Source: Bdellovibrionales bacterium (GTDB lineage: Bacteria; Bdellovibrionota; Bdellovibrionia; Bdellovibrionales; UBA1609). From it: a stretch of 64,000 nt of DNA. The notes under the pieces are model-generated. The model saw nothing but the letters and a program-made list of their open reading frames with translations. It was not told the origin of the DNA and did not search any database. The translations under genes and the position numbers were made by a program. The DNA lies in NCBI GenBank assembly GCA_041690295.1, contig JAWLHR010000011.1, positions 1 to 64,000 of the forward strand. Reading direction: 5' to 3'. Shown piece by piece: positions 45,015 through 55,811 of the stretch (the first letter of the stretch is position 1; every line of letters starts with the position of its first letter).

Positions 45015-46226
45015 TCACGAAGTTTCGGGCATCAAACCCGGCGGCCCCTTGGGCTCATCCGCCACCTGCACCTTAATGACCTCACGTTTTCCACGCCGAA
45101 GAATTTCAAGCGCCACCCGCTCGCCGGATTTCATGCGCGTGATTTTGCGAACCAGCTTATCGGGGCCCTCCGCGGGTTCGTTATCGATCTTGGTGATGAT
45201 GTCGCCTTTTTTAATTCCCGCGCGGGCCGCGGGACTGCGGGCGATGACATTGCGAACCAGAATGCCTTGGCCTTCTTCCAATCCCAACGCTTCCTGCATC
45301 TCCTGAGGCAATGGGCTCACCACCACTCCGAGCCAGCCGCGCCGGACATAGCCCTCGCGGATCAAATCACCAATGATGGCTTTAGCGGTGTTGACGGGAA
45401 TCGCGAATCCAATGCCCTGGGCCCGGGGATCGATGGCCGTGTTGATGCCGATGACTTCGCCGTAAAGATTAAACAAAGGCCCGCCGGAATTTCCCGGATT
45501 AATGCTCGCTGAAGTTTGGATGAATTCCGTTTCCACATTTTCGATGTTTCGTCCGATCGCGCTGACAATTCCCTGAGTCACCGTGTGCGCATGACCATAA
45601 GGATTTCCAATGGCGATCACCCACTCACCCACCCGGGCCAGATCACTATTTCCAAGTGGGGCAACTGTGAGCGGCGTTTTTGGCATTTCTTTAAGCCGGA
45701 GCAGCGCCACGTCGGTGCGGTCATCCACACCGACGATTTCCGCCGTGTAACCGCGGCCGCGTTCCTGCCGCAGGAATTTCACCGAGATCTCATAAGCATC
45801 GCGACCCATCTGCCGCACGACATGGGAATTGGTCACGATGTAACCTTTGTCATTGATCACGAAACCGGATCCCAAGGCGAGAGCATCACGGTCTCTTAAG
45901 GGCGGCCGCTCACCAAAGGGATTGCCGAAGAAAAATTCAAAGAGGTCCTCAGGCAAAGGAACGCTCGGCAGATGAACCTTGGTTTTGGTGTAGACATTCA
46001 CCACCGATGGGGACAACCGCTCGGCCAGTGACGTGAAAACGTAATTGATGGATCCGAGATCCGACTTCGCGTCCACCTCGGGATTTTCAACGGTCCGTTG
46101 TGACTCGATCCAATACGGTTCGGCCTGACTCGGTGTCGGCCACCGCACATGAATTCCGGATAAGACCAAAACAGCGGCGGCCGCCACGACTGAGGAAAAT
46201 GCGAGGACTCGGCCCGACGTTTTCAT
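45015..46226 (-). CDS. HtrA/DegP-family serine protease, one PDZ domain
   Basis: 'LGSGFVI', 'TNSHV', 'DVALL', 'INPGNSGGPL', PDZ 'GWLGV'. Confidence 0.95.
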   Translation of the reverse strand: MKTSGRVLAFSSVVAAAAVLVLSGIHVRWPTPSQAEPYWIESQRTVENPEVDAKSDLGSINYVFTSLAERLSPSVVNVYTKTKVHLPSVPLPEDLFEFFFGNPFGERPPLRDRDALALGSGFVINDKGYIVTNSHVVRQMGRDAYEISVKFLRQERGRGYTAEIVGVDDRTDVALLRLKEMPKTPLTVAPLGNSDLARVGEWVIAIGNPYGHAHTVTQGIVSAIGRNIENVETEFIQTSASINPGNSGGPLFNLYGEVIGINTAIDPRAQGIGFAIPVNTAKAIIGDLIREGYVRRGWLGVVVSPLPQEMQEALGLEEGQGILVRNVIARSPAARAGIKKGDIITKIDNEPAEGPDKLVRKITRMKSGERVALEILRRGKREVIKVQVADEPKGPPGLMPETS

Positions 46227-46310
46227 TCGACCTCCAGGTGAAATGAAAATGTGGGATCAAGTCCATACCGTCAAGCCGGTGGAACGCTCGCCTTGTCACA
46301 GGCAGAATTT

Positions 46311-46772
46311 TCAAGCGAGATTTTTCTCAAGAATCACTCGGGTTTGTCCCTCGCGGTCCTCACAACCCACGACGTCAAACCCATTTCGTAGATTCAGAAT
46401 CATCATGTTCTTCCACTGATTCGTCGTCTTGGTGCGGATCGAACGATAGCCTTGTTTTTTCGCCCACTCGTGTTGCGCGAAAATCAATTCGCTGGCGATG
46501 CCGTAATTGCGCGCGGTGGGAATGACTCCACCCATCCAACTGTAGAATTTATCGCGCTCAAGTTCGTAGCCGAGTTTAAACCCCAGGACTTGCGGCGGAT
46601 CCATGGGCGTGTGCGCGACCCACAACGCCCAATTCAGTCGTTGCGGTAACGTGCGCTCCACTTTCTGCGCGGTTTCCGCGTCGAAAATCTCGCCGATGAG
46701 TTTATAGGTTTCCGCCAAATAAAATTCAGCGCCGGTGCTTAAACTCGTGAACAAGCTGATCTTGAATCTCAT
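46311..46772 (-). CDS. GNAT acetyltransferase
   Basis: 'GVIPTARNYGIASEL', 'MMILNLRNGF'; ATGA-coupled to meaB. Confidence 0.85.
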   Translation of the reverse strand: MRFKISLFTSLSTGAEFYLAETYKLIGEIFDAETAQKVERTLPQRLNWALWVAHTPMDPPQVLGFKLGYELERDKFYSWMGGVIPTARNYGIASELIFAQHEWAKKQGYRSIRTKTTNQWKNMMILNLRNGFDVVGCEDREGQTRVILEKNLA

Positions 46773-47659
46773 GAAAACAAAGCCTTGAATGAATTTATAT
46801 CCACCACCACGTTCAATTTGGAATCGAGATCGCGCTCCCATTCACCCCTGAGCAACGCCTTCGCCTCGTGACGGAGCCGCACGGGTGTTTCCCGTTGAAT
46901 GCGAATTTGGTCTCGCAATTCGAGAATATGTCGCGCCAACTCATCGACCCCTTGGCCTTGATTGGCGATACATTTGAAAACTTTTGGCTTCTTTCCGCCG
47001 CCGTCCTGAAGCGAAGCTTCGATTTCGCGCGCCAGTCCATCCGCCCCGGGGCGATCCGCCTTGTTCACAACGAAAATGTCGGCGATCTCCATGAGGCCGG
47101 CTTTCATGGCCTGAATCGAATCCCCACTTTCCGGCACCAACACCACACAAACCTGATCCGCCACGTGCAGGATATCCAGTTCGGTTTGTCCCACGCCCAC
47201 CGTTTCGATCAGAAGCAGGTCGAAGCCGCAGGCATCGAAGGCGCGCGCCATGAGATAAGCGGAATGACTGAGTCCACCCAAACTCCCGCGGGAACCCAAG
47301 GAGCGGATGAAAACGTTGGGATCCAGGGAATGTTCGGAATAACGAATGCGATCGCCGAGAATCGCCCCCTGGCTGAAGGGGCTCGACGGATCCACCGCGA
47401 TCACTCCGACTTTCAAACTTTGCTGGCTAAACCGCTCGATCAATCGGCCCACCAAAGTGGACTTTCCAGCTCCCGGCGGACCGGTGATTCCCAAACGAAA
47501 CGCCAATTGTGGGGGTTGATAAAGTTCCGCGAGGGCAAAGACCTGATTCAAAGGCGATTGCTCCAACCAGGAGAGAAACTTAGCCAACGCCCGCCGGTCT
47601 CCGGCCCGCGCGGCTTGCAAAATTTTGGAACCTTCCTCGGCACTCGGTCTGCTCATCAA
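46769..47659 (-). CDS. meaB: Methylmalonyl-CoA mutase-associated GTPase MeaB/ArgK
   Basis: 'GPPGAGKST', 'DPSSP..GAILGDRIR', 'ETVGVGQ', 'NKAD'. Confidence 0.95.
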   Translation of the reverse strand: MMSRPSAEEGSKILQAARAGDRRALAKFLSWLEQSPLNQVFALAELYQPPQLAFRLGITGPPGAGKSTLVGRLIERFSQQSLKVGVIAVDPSSPFSQGAILGDRIRYSEHSLDPNVFIRSLGSRGSLGGLSHSAYLMARAFDACGFDLLLIETVGVGQTELDILHVADQVCVVLVPESGDSIQAMKAGLMEIADIFVVNKADRPGADGLAREIEASLQDGGGKKPKVFKCIANQGQGVDELARHILELRDQIRIQRETPVRLRHEAKALLRGEWERDLDSKLNVVVDINSFKALFS

Positions 47660-47777
47660 CCCTCATATCTAAGTAAGCAAAAAGGTTAGGTTTTTTTTGT
47701 TTCATTGTCCAGGTGTCCAAAAACCTTACAGGACGCGTTTTCACCAGGTTTGTCGAGGCCTTAGAAATCCTTAAGGG

Positions 47778-47820
47778 TTTCAATCGCTTATCAAATGCCC
47801 ACGGCGGCATGGAACATGCC
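47778..47820 (+). promoter_or_regulatory. IHF-like site plus sigma54-type promoter candidate
   Basis: TTTCAATCGCTTA (one mismatch to the IHF consensus) and CGGCATGGAACATGCC (GG-N10-GC). Confidence 0.5.
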
Positions 47821-47843
47821 CTTATAGAGGTCTGAAGGAGAGG

Positions 47844-49079
47844 GTGTGCCGCCGTTTAAGGCGTCCCCTGATGAATATGTTTTTGAATAAGGGTGAGTGG
47901 AAATTCTGGATTCTGATCGTGGTGTTCGCGATCGGCGGAAGTTTCGAACTCCTCAAAGCATTTTCAAAAGGCCGATCCGGCATCGCTCCGGTGGAAATCG
48001 CCGCCGAACGCGATGAATCGATTCGTCCGTACAGCGTGCGCGCTCTGCCCCCCGCCGTCCATCCCGCGCGGATGCCGCCTAAGATCGCGCCCGCGAGAAT
48101 CGCCATGACTCAACCCCAAGTTCCCGGCGTTCTTCCTCCGGCGAAGGCCACGCAGTTCGACCATTCCGAATCCGACAAAAAAGACGCTAAAGACAAAACC
48201 GGCAAGAAAAAGAAAAAGAAGAAAAAGAAATTCAACCCTGACGAATATGAAATCGTTTTCGACCCGGTTCGCGGCAAATGGGTCAAACGCCGCAAAAAGA
48301 AGTTACCGGAACTTGATCAGAAAAATTTGGAACTCGCGCAAAAGGACGAGTCCCGCGATGACGACTGGGACCAAAACGATTCCAGCATCGACGATGCGAT
48401 CGCCACCGCCCTGATGACCGGCAATCCGCCGCAGCCATCAGCGGATCCCAATCAAAAAGGCGACGAAGCTTTCATCAGCGCTGAAGAATGGATCCGAAAA
48501 CTTCTGAACCGGCCCAACAAGAATGAAACCCTGCGCTTCATCGAGCATTATAAAAAGCATCTCGTCACGGACGAAGTGTACTACCGGGTGGTCACCATGA
48601 TGATCGAAGATTCCCGTCCGGAAATGAAAAAGCTTGGCGTTTTGGCCGCGGGAAGTGTGACATCCGTTCTCAGTTTTCAACTGCTCGCTCAGGTCACGCG
48701 TGACGAGAAAGCGGACGCCTCGGTTCGCCAGTCGGCGGAAGAATTTCTGGCCAAGTACACCGCTCTCAGCAATGTCCACATTCTCGGTCGCATCCTGCGC
48801 GCTCCCACCAGCAGCCACACGGCGCTGTTGGCCTTGCGCAAACTGCAAGAGTCCATGGAACAACACCTGGCCTCTCGTCCCCAACAAACGCCCAACGCAT
48901 CCCGACCGGTTCGTAACGTGGCCACTTATTTCGCGATCTTTCCACCGATCTTGACCAAGTTAACCGAATCGCCTGAACCGGAAATCAGCAACCAAGCCCG
49001 CCAGACATTGGCCCGACTCCAGGAACTCAGTCCGCCGCTGGCCAACCCGGCCCAGACCGCGACCGCCGCGGCACCCTAA
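47844..49079 (+). CDS. Membrane-anchored hypothetical protein with poly-Lys tract and HEAT-like C-terminus
   Basis: TM near the N-terminus, K9 run, helical repeats; start uncertain. Confidence 0.7.
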   Translation: MCRRLRRPLMNMFLNKGEWKFWILIVVFAIGGSFELLKAFSKGRSGIAPVEIAAERDESIRPYSVRALPPAVHPARMPPKIAPARIAMTQPQVPGVLPPAKATQFDHSESDKKDAKDKTGKKKKKKKKKFNPDEYEIVFDPVRGKWVKRRKKKLPELDQKNLELAQKDESRDDDWDQNDSSIDDAIATALMTGNPPQPSADPNQKGDEAFISAEEWIRKLLNRPNKNETLRFIEHYKKHLVTDEVYYRVVTMMIEDSRPEMKKLGVLAAGSVTSVLSFQLLAQVTRDEKADASVRQSAEEFLAKYTALSNVHILGRILRAPTSSHTALLALRKLQESMEQHLASRPQQTPNASRPVRNVATYFAIFPPILTKLTESPEPEISNQARQTLARLQELSPPLANPAQTATAAAP

Positions 49080-49116
49080 GAGTGACGGCACGCTTTGACT
49101 CCATTATCATGGCTTT

Positions 49117-49905
49117 ATGCTTTTTCTTTTTTGGCTCGCCGTCGGCGTCACCTATTCCGCCTTCGCCTTGGAAATTCCCAAAGGACTGACGGATACCGAT
49201 CGGCGGGAAATCGTTCGCACCTTGGGATTGAATTCCGCACCCAAAGCGTTGAGCAATCCTTATCCACTGGGCGGTTATTCGGGATTTGAACTGGGGATTT
49301 CGTTGGAGGTGATCAACATTCGCGACATCCGGCGTTTGGGTTGTGAACCCGGTACGGCCGGTTGCCCGAATGATAAGTACTCCGATGAAACCGAATGGCG
49401 CGTGCCCCGGCTGACCATCGGAAAAGGATTGTATAACGACATTGATTTTTTCTTCTCGTTTGTTCCGCCGACCAGCGGAACCCGCGTGAGCGACTACGGC
49501 GGGCAAGCGCGCTGGTCCTTTTTTCAAGCTCAATTTTTACCGGTCAATTTGTCGGCGGTGGCTTTCTTTAATCAGATGAACTTCAACGACTTGTTCATGA
49601 ATCGCAACGTCGGCGCGGATCTAATCGCCGGTGTCAACGTGAATAATTTCGCGCTTTATTTCGGCGGCGGTTGGCTGGAAGGCACGGGCACCTTTATCGC
49701 CGGAACCACCAACGGCTGCGAGGACTGCACGGTGAATCCGGCGGATCCTGACGTTCATTCCCTCACGGCCACGGTGGAACAAAGAGTTGAGACCTTTCAC
49801 ACCGTGGTGGGTTTTTCTTTGCACTACCAAAATCTTTTCGCCGCGGCCCAAGTGGATCGCTATCGTGATGCGGTTTACAGCATGAAAATGGGGTTGCGGT
49901 TTTAA
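49117..49905 (+). CDS. Putative outer-membrane beta-barrel protein
   Basis: Signal peptide, alternating beta strands, C-terminal 'MGLRF'. Confidence 0.7.
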   Translation: MLFLFWLAVGVTYSAFALEIPKGLTDTDRREIVRTLGLNSAPKALSNPYPLGGYSGFELGISLEVINIRDIRRLGCEPGTAGCPNDKYSDETEWRVPRLTIGKGLYNDIDFFFSFVPPTSGTRVSDYGGQARWSFFQAQFLPVNLSAVAFFNQMNFNDLFMNRNVGADLIAGVNVNNFALYFGGGWLEGTGTFIAGTTNGCEDCTVNPADPDVHSLTATVEQRVETFHTVVGFSLHYQNLFAAAQVDRYRDAVYSMKMGLRF

Positions 49906-50882
49906 AGCCGGGTCAATTGTTTAAAAACAAGCTCCAACCAGCGCGAAGGTTTCCAACCCGATCCCGACCGGGAAAGGTAACCGACGTGCCCGCCCGTTTT
50001 GGTGATGTGCAAATCCACCGCCGAAGAAAAGCGCGCTCTTCGAAACGGTTCGACGGGAATAAAGGGATCATCTTCGGTGGTTAAAACCAGGCCGGGAACA
50101 CGAATACGTGAGGCGTAGTGGATCGACGAGCACCGCGTGTAATACTCATCGCGCGAGCGAAATCCCGCCATGGGAGCGGTGACTCTTTCATCGAAATCCA
50201 CCAGCCGGCAAAACCGCGGAAGTTCCGGCATGCGGCGAAGAAGACCGGCGTCCACACGCCGGCGCATGGACGCCTTGAGTTCACGGACGAACATCTGATC
50301 ATAAATGAAGTTTCGCGGATGCCTCAGGCATCGAGCGGTCAGATGTAGATCAATCGGCGGATTCACCGCGATCAAGTCGTCGGGCAAATCCCGATCATAA
50401 AGACCCGCCAGATTCAGCAAGAGATTGGCGCTTAAAGAAAAACCAACAGCCGTGATTCGGGTTTGCGGCGACTTCTCGCGAACGTGCCGGATCACCGCGC
50501 ACACATCCGCCATGGAACCGGAATGATAAATCCCCCGCGCGTGGGGATGTCCTTCGCCCGCTCCCCGGTGATTGACCAAAACCACCGATTGGCCGTTGGC
50601 GACGGCCACGCCACCGCACACCTGAATGTAATTGGAGTCGGCGCTTCCCCCTAAACCATGAAAGAAAATGATCGTGCGCCGTTCGGATCCAGGATAATAG
50701 CGGCACGCCAACCGGTCGCCATCTTCCAATGGGATCAAAAATGATTCATAGTCTTTTTGAATTCGCGGAAACGGCAGGAAGTAAGCACAAATGGTTTGCC
50801 AATGGCCTCCGAAGAGAAACGGCCATGATCGGAATTCAGGAAATGAGTTATGCCGTTCAACGGCGACCGTCGATGCGATCAA
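49902..50882 (-). CDS. YheT-like alpha/beta hydrolase
   Basis: 'GGHWQTI', 'HGLGGS', 'YHSG', 'GFSLSAN', 'DDPF', 'GGHVG'. Confidence 0.9.
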   Translation of the reverse strand: MIASTVAVERHNSFPEFRSWPFLFGGHWQTICAYFLPFPRIQKDYESFLIPLEDGDRLACRYYPGSERRTIIFFHGLGGSADSNYIQVCGGVAVANGQSVVLVNHRGAGEGHPHARGIYHSGSMADVCAVIRHVREKSPQTRITAVGFSLSANLLLNLAGLYDRDLPDDLIAVNPPIDLHLTARCLRHPRNFIYDQMFVRELKASMRRRVDAGLLRRMPELPRFCRLVDFDERVTAPMAGFRSRDEYYTRCSSIHYASRIRVPGLVLTTEDDPFIPVEPFRRARFSSAVDLHITKTGGHVGYLSRSGSGWKPSRWLELVFKQLTRL

Positions 50883-51327
50883 TCAATTTGGTCGTACTGC
50901 GTCCGGGATGAAAGGGCAAGGAATGGACTTCACCGCCGTGGTCCAAAACCCATTTGGCGCCCTCGATTTTGTCCACGGGCCAGTCGCCGCCTTTTACCAA
51001 CACGTCAGGCGAAATTTTTTCGATAAGTTGGGCCGGCGTATCCTCATCGAAAATCGTCACATAAGAGACCGAGGCCAGAGCCGCCAAAATTTCCGCGCGG
51101 TCCGCTTGCGGTTGAATGGGGCGTTTGGGACCTTTTAAACGCTTAACACTGGCATCCGAATTCACACCCACAACCAATAGATCGCCGTAAGTGCGGGCCT
51201 CTTGCAGATAACGGGTGTGTCCGACGTGCAGGATATCAAAACAGCCATTGGTAAAAACCACCCGCGAAGCGGGCCGGTGGCGATCAAGTTCTTTAAGTAA
51301 TTGCGGGAGCTCGAGAACCCGGCCCAC
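50857..51327 (-). CDS. rfaE2: ADP-heptose synthase adenylyltransferase domain (RfaE2/HldC)
   Basis: '[13 protein letters not shown]', '[13 protein letters not shown]', 'VKGGDW', 'STT'. Confidence 0.93.
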   Translation of the reverse strand: MGRVLELPQLLKELDRHRPASRVVFTNGCFDILHVGHTRYLQEARTYGDLLVVGVNSDASVKRLKGPKRPIQPQADRAEILAALASVSYVTIFDEDTPAQLIEKISPDVLVKGGDWPVDKIEGAKWVLDHGGEVHSLPFHPGRSTTKLIDRIDGRR

Positions 51328-51328
51328 T

Positions 51329-52207
51329 TTAAACTCGTTGTTGATAAAGCTTCACGCCGGTGATCTGGCCCGCGATATCGCGACCGATAATGGCGGAAAT
51401 CAACGGCAACAGGACAATTCCGGTGACCGTGACCAGAAGGCTTCGCGCCGCCACCTTGAGCGGATACGTTTCCTTCTTCTGTTCCTCGTCTTGACCAATT
51501 TGGAGGTCAAACGTCCATTCACCGAGCGTGCGGCCAAAGAACGAACGCGAAATCACCACGTACATTTGCATCACGGCCAGGAACAGCACGCCTAAACTGA
51601 CTTGAGTCATGATGTCCGTGGTGAGATTGCGGAAGACGATCTCCAAATCCACCTTGGTGATCATCAGCAGCACCACCATGAAAATCAGCGACAACGCCAT
51701 GACGATCACCAGATCAAGCAAAGCGGATTCCAAACTCATGGTCGCGGGAATCAGTTTCGACTTGGGCGAATCGGCGGCGCCCCGGCGGGTGCCCGTTTGA
51801 ACTTCGGGCGCGGGCGGAGTTTTCTTAATCGCCGGTGATTTATAAGCCTCGGGCCGCGGGAACGGGGACTCGATGCGCGAGCGCGGCACTTCCACTTCGG
51901 TGGCCGCGCGCGGCAGCGTTTCCGTGAATTTCAAATCCGAGTTCCGTGACAGCGGTGTTTTCTCCAATGCCGACAGCACATCTTCGAAGCTGTGTTTTTT
52001 CACCGGGGCGATTGGTGCATCATCGACGATTGATTTGGGAATTGAGGCCGGAACACTCTGCAGTTCGTCGTTCAAGACTCCGGTCTCTTTCAGACCGTTT
52101 TTAAGGTTATAGGCTTTTTTATGAAAACCTAGACCTTCGGTCAGGGGTTTGAATTCAAACTCATCAAAAGGATCCATATTCGACTGGCTCATAACGCCCC
52201 CGCTCAT
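51329..52207 (-). CDS. RDD-family membrane protein
   Basis: Disordered N-terminus; 'ALLDL', 'GRTLGE' and three TMs; TAATG overlap with rsmE. Confidence 0.75.
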   Translation of the reverse strand: MSGGVMSQSNMDPFDEFEFKPLTEGLGFHKKAYNLKNGLKETGVLNDELQSVPASIPKSIVDDAPIAPVKKHSFEDVLSALEKTPLSRNSDLKFTETLPRAATEVEVPRSRIESPFPRPEAYKSPAIKKTPPAPEVQTGTRRGAADSPKSKLIPATMSLESALLDLVIVMALSLIFMVVLLMITKVDLEIVFRNLTTDIMTQVSLGVLFLAVMQMYVVISRSFFGRTLGEWTFDLQIGQDEEQKKETYPLKVAARSLLVTVTGIVLLPLISAIIGRDIAGQITGVKLYQQRV

Positions 52208-52968
52208 TAACAAAGCGTTCCAGTTTCATACTTTATGACGCTGACTAGAGCCAAGCAAGCCGTTTCCACCCGCAAAACTTGTGAGCCCATAGACACGGGC
52301 GGCAGGCCGTATTCAGCAAAGAGCTTCACTTCGCGCGGCGAAAATCCACCCTCACTGCCGACAAAAACCCAAATACTTTCCGGATTGTCTTTTTTAATCT
52401 CACGAACCGCATCGGGTAAGGCGCGCTCAGCCTCTCCTTCATAAGGGAATAGACCTTTCACGCCGGGCTTCCGGTTAAATTCATCTAAGAGTTGATTCAA
52501 AGTGACGACCGGATGAATTTTCATCAGATCGCCTCGCCCACTCTGCTGAGTCGCGCTTTTGATCAGTTTTTCCCAACGGTTCATTCGCGACGGCGAAATA
52601 TCGGAAGTTTTTCTCAAGAAACTGTAATCAGAGACGAAGGGACGGATTTCATACACACCGAGTTCCACGCACTTTTCCACAATCCAATCCACTTTCGGCA
52701 GTTTGGGAATGGACAGAGCCAAGGTGATCCAGGGTTTGGCGAGCGCCGGAAGGGTTCGCGTTTCGATGGCGCGCGCACGGATCTCTTTGCCGGAAATCTG
52801 GTCGATCTCCATTAAAATGGCGCGTTGATCGCCGGGCAGCGCTTCGAAGCGATCACCAGGTCCGAACCGACACACATCACGCATATGGTGAAAAAGATCA
52901 CCCCGGATGGTGATCGTACCGGCGTCGTCAATTTCTCGATCGGAAATATAAAATCGTCTCAGCGCCAT
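52207..52968 (-). CDS. rsmE: 16S rRNA m3U1498 methyltransferase
   Basis: 'HHMRDVCR', 'EKCVELGV', 'GSEGGFS', 'VLRVETA'. Confidence 0.95.
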   Translation of the reverse strand: MALRRFYISDREIDDAGTITIRGDLFHHMRDVCRFGPGDRFEALPGDQRAILMEIDQISGKEIRARAIETRTLPALAKPWITLALSIPKLPKVDWIVEKCVELGVYEIRPFVSDYSFLRKTSDISPSRMNRWEKLIKSATQQSGRGDLMKIHPVVTLNQLLDEFNRKPGVKGLFPYEGEAERALPDAVREIKKDNPESIWVFVGSEGGFSPREVKLFAEYGLPPVSMGSQVLRVETACLALVSVIKYETGTLC

Positions 52969-52980
52969 GGCGATCTCATC

Positions 52981-53847
52981 CTATAGTTGAACCGCGAAGA
53001 GCAGCCAATCGCCCATTTCACGCCGGACACTCCAGGATTTTCCGGGGGGAAGCCGAAAGCCCGCGAGAAAATCAGGCTCCCGTTCTTTGATGATTCCTGA
53101 GACCACCAGCCACCCGCCCGGCTTCACGCGTGATTTTAATGAATCTTGTATTCGCACCAACACGCCATCGATGATGTTCGCGACCACAATGTCATAAACC
53201 GCGTTTAAGTTTTCCACCTGGCGAACATCCAAACCCACTTGGACTTTATTGAGGGCGAAATTCTCGTGCGCCACCCGGCGCGCCTCTTGTTCAATTTCGG
53301 TGGCGTCGACCCGGCTGTATCCCATCTTGTACGCCAGAATGGCCAAGATTCCGGTTCCGGTACCCACATCCAACAGCGAATCCATCGGGCCAAGCTTCAC
53401 CAGCTCTTCCGCCACCAGGCGCGTGGTCTCGTGTGTTCCCGTGCCAAACGCCATTCCCGGATCAATCGCGATGGGTGTTCGCGCCGCTTTCGGCGTCTCA
53501 CACCAGCTGGGCACCACCCAGAAGCCTCCGGCCAACGGGAACGGTTGAAAGGACTTCTTCCACTCCGCCAGCCAATCGCGCTCGGCTTCTAAACTCACAC
53601 CGAGATGAATCTCGGGAAAATGGGCGCGGACTTGATCCAAAAATTCCGCGGCGGGGCGATCGGAAAAATAAATTTCCAGACACCGCTCCGATGGAATCAC
53701 CGCCTGGACGTCCTCTTCCCCCTCGGGCTGGTGAAAATCCAGTTTCTCACTCATGCCCGAGGCGCCGGCCGCGAAGGCCGCGTGGCTGAGCCATTCCTCG
53801 GCCTGATCGCTGACATTGCTTAACCGGACGACGAAGTAGTCATTCAT
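52981..53847 (-). CDS. prmA: Ribosomal protein L11 methyltransferase
   Basis: 'IDPGMAFGTGTHETT', 'LDVGTGTGIL', 'VANI', 'SGII'. Confidence 0.95.
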   Translation of the reverse strand: MNDYFVVRLSNVSDQAEEWLSHAAFAAGASGMSEKLDFHQPEGEEDVQAVIPSERCLEIYFSDRPAAEFLDQVRAHFPEIHLGVSLEAERDWLAEWKKSFQPFPLAGGFWVVPSWCETPKAARTPIAIDPGMAFGTGTHETTRLVAEELVKLGPMDSLLDVGTGTGILAILAYKMGYSRVDATEIEQEARRVAHENFALNKVQVGLDVRQVENLNAVYDIVVANIIDGVLVRIQDSLKSRVKPGGWLVVSGIIKEREPDFLAGFRLPPGKSWSVRREMGDWLLFAVQL

Positions 53848-53850
53848 TGA

Positions 53851-54792
53851 TCACTCTTTTCTCACGGCCCCGTTCACCACATCCACTTTAACTTTCAAGG
53901 CTCCGGGAGTGCGCACGCTCGCGAAGTCGTCTTGAACCCCGTTCAAAACGTTCACGTCAAAGTCGTACTCTCTGCGCGAATCGGGACTGATTTTCACTTT
54001 GCCGTTGGTGACATTCACTTGGATATCGCTTTGAGGCTCATCCAACTTGACCGATCCGTTAATGCCGCTCAACTCCGCCTTGGTGCCCGCGGGAATGTTC
54101 AATTCGCACTTGGCGAATTTCAACTTGTCGAGCGCCAAGGTCATCACACCCGCTTGCATGTCCAATTGCGGGTTTTGTCCCATTCGACTTTTGCATTCCC
54201 AGCTGAAAACTCCATCCTGGCTGGCATTCACTTCCAATTTCGCGGTGATGAAGGGGATTTTGATCAGCTGAACTTTTTGATTCTTCAGTTCGGCCCGTCC
54301 CCGGCTCATATGGTTCGAGTCATCGTCGTCGAAATCCAAACCACCGACGGTGAACGAGCCGATTTTCAAATTTCCATTGGCTTCGGACACTTGGATGGCT
54401 TTGCCGAAAAAGCTGACTTTTCCCGCCTTTTCATCCACTTCGATGATCGGTGAAAAGTACCAAATGGCCATGAAGGTGGCGATTAAAGCCGACGCCACCA
54501 CGAACGCCACCGAGCCGAAAGTGGCCAACGCGATCCATTTGATCCAATTGCGTGGAGTGGACGGCGCCCAGTATTTAACACCCTTTTGTTCGAGATACCG
54601 CATGGCCACGGCTTTGGGTGTACCCAAGTCTTCCAAGCGTTTTTGAATATCCACGCTGGGATCCTTTTGGTCCAACTCCAGAATGTGCGATCGGATCTCG
54701 GTGATGATCTCCGCGCGTTGTCCGACCGGGAGCGCCTGAAGCTCGCGATCCAACTGAGAAAGATAATGTTCGAGAATGAGTTCCTTGTTCAT
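53851..54792 (-). CDS. DUF1700/HAAS-type membrane protein with extracytoplasmic beta domain
   Basis: 'YLSQLDREL..LP...RAEIITEIRSHI...LGTPKAVA', then a TM; follows padR. Confidence 0.8.
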   Translation of the reverse strand: MNKELILEHYLSQLDRELQALPVGQRAEIITEIRSHILELDQKDPSVDIQKRLEDLGTPKAVAMRYLEQKGVKYWAPSTPRNWIKWIALATFGSVAFVVASALIATFMAIWYFSPIIEVDEKAGKVSFFGKAIQVSEANGNLKIGSFTVGGLDFDDDDSNHMSRGRAELKNQKVQLIKIPFITAKLEVNASQDGVFSWECKSRMGQNPQLDMQAGVMTLALDKLKFAKCELNIPAGTKAELSGINGSVKLDEPQSDIQVNVTNGKVKISPDSRREYDFDVNVLNGVQDDFASVRTPGALKVKVDVVNGAVRKE

Positions 54793-55136
54793 TTTTGACT
54801 CCCGTTTTTTAAGTTCGAAACAATTTCAACCATGCGAGTGAATTCGCCGCTCATTTCCGTGAGGGCCTGCTCCCCCTTTGCGGTCAGCGAATAAAATTTC
54901 CGTGGATGCCCTTTGAGGTTTTCCGTTTCCCACGTGGCCTGCAACAAGCCATCGTCCGTGAGCCGATTCAAAAGCGGATAAAGAGTGCCTTCTTTCAGAT
55001 TCAATTCCAGGGATTGAAGCTTTTCGAGAATCTCCAATCCATAAAGACGAGTGTGAGTTTGAATGATCAGAAGAAGGCAGTACTCGAGGTAGCCTTTTTT
55101 GACCTGAACTTTCCAATTTTCCAAAATAGGTTGCAT
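54789..55136 (-). CDS. PadR family regulator
   Basis: 'QVKKGYLEYCLL', 'EGTLYPLLNRL', 'PRKFYSLT..G'; start could also be 55154. Confidence 0.93.
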   Translation of the reverse strand: MQPILENWKVQVKKGYLEYCLLLIIQTHTRLYGLEILEKLQSLELNLKEGTLYPLLNRLTDDGLLQATWETENLKGHPRKFYSLTAKGEQALTEMSGEFTRMVEIVSNLKNGSQK

Positions 55137-55140
55137 AACA

Positions 55141-55167
55141 AGCATACCTAGCATTGCAAGGTATGCT
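55141..55167. promoter_or_regulatory. Inverted repeat, probable PadR autoregulatory operator
   Basis: AGCATACCT-AGCATTGCA-AGGTATGCT immediately upstream of padR. Confidence 0.7.
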
Positions 55168-55180
55168 GATCAAGATTGAT

Positions 55181-55738
55181 CTACTGTGAAATCGTAACGG
55201 GAACTGGGTGGGGTGAGATTTCCACCGAATTTACAATAATTTGACCTTGCGTCAAAGCGGCTGTGTCGGTGGTTGGCGGAGGGCTCGCCTCGGCTTTGGG
55301 TTCCTCAGTGGGTTGAGATTCGGACGCCTGCTTGCCACCCTTTTCCATGACGGCCGTCGCTAAATCCAATCGATCACCAAGCATGATGAAATTGTCTTCG
55401 AGAAGTGGTGAGTTTTCCCGTCCGAACTCCGTGTGCAGGCGGGCCACCGCGAGACCTTTCTGCACATGAATGATCTTTACCCGCGCCACTTTCAGTTCGA
55501 GATCACCAGCGGACCGGTTTTGATAATTATCGTAGAGCGGAAGTTTGCGCTGCACGGTGATCACCATCCCATTCGCGAGTCCCGCTTCACTTCCGGCGTT
55601 GATATAAAAATCACGATAAACTTTGTCGGTGTCGGAGAGGGGAAGATTTTTGCGCACATCGAAGATCGTGATATCCGCCAAAGCTTGGCCGCTCACCAGC
55701 AGGATCGCTAAAAGGACATTGAATTGACCCAATGACAT
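55181..55738 (-). CDS. Secreted hypothetical protein (FlgT C-terminal-like)
   Basis: Signal peptide; 'FYINAGSEAGLANG...VARVKIIHVQ...AVAR......GDR'. Confidence 0.6.
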   Translation of the reverse strand: MSLGQFNVLLAILLVSGQALADITIFDVRKNLPLSDTDKVYRDFYINAGSEAGLANGMVITVQRKLPLYDNYQNRSAGDLELKVARVKIIHVQKGLAVARLHTEFGRENSPLLEDNFIMLGDRLDLATAVMEKGGKQASESQPTEEPKAEASPPPTTDTAALTQGQIIVNSVEISPHPVPVTISQ

Positions 55739-55762
55739 GTAACCTTCCTTGTTACATGTCCC

Positions 55763-55790
55763 ATATCGGGAAAATTTTGCCGCAACTAAA
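55763..55790 (-). promoter_or_regulatory. sigma28-like promoter
   Basis: TTAG-N15-CCCGATAT upstream of the AAGGAAGG RBS. Confidence 0.55.
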
Positions 55791-55811
55791 GCTCGGCAGT
55801 GCGATGCATCC

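Noticed and set aside
48203..48230. Slippage (contingency) tract in the poly-Lys run
   Set aside because: Mixed AAG/AAA codons with no long homopolymer.
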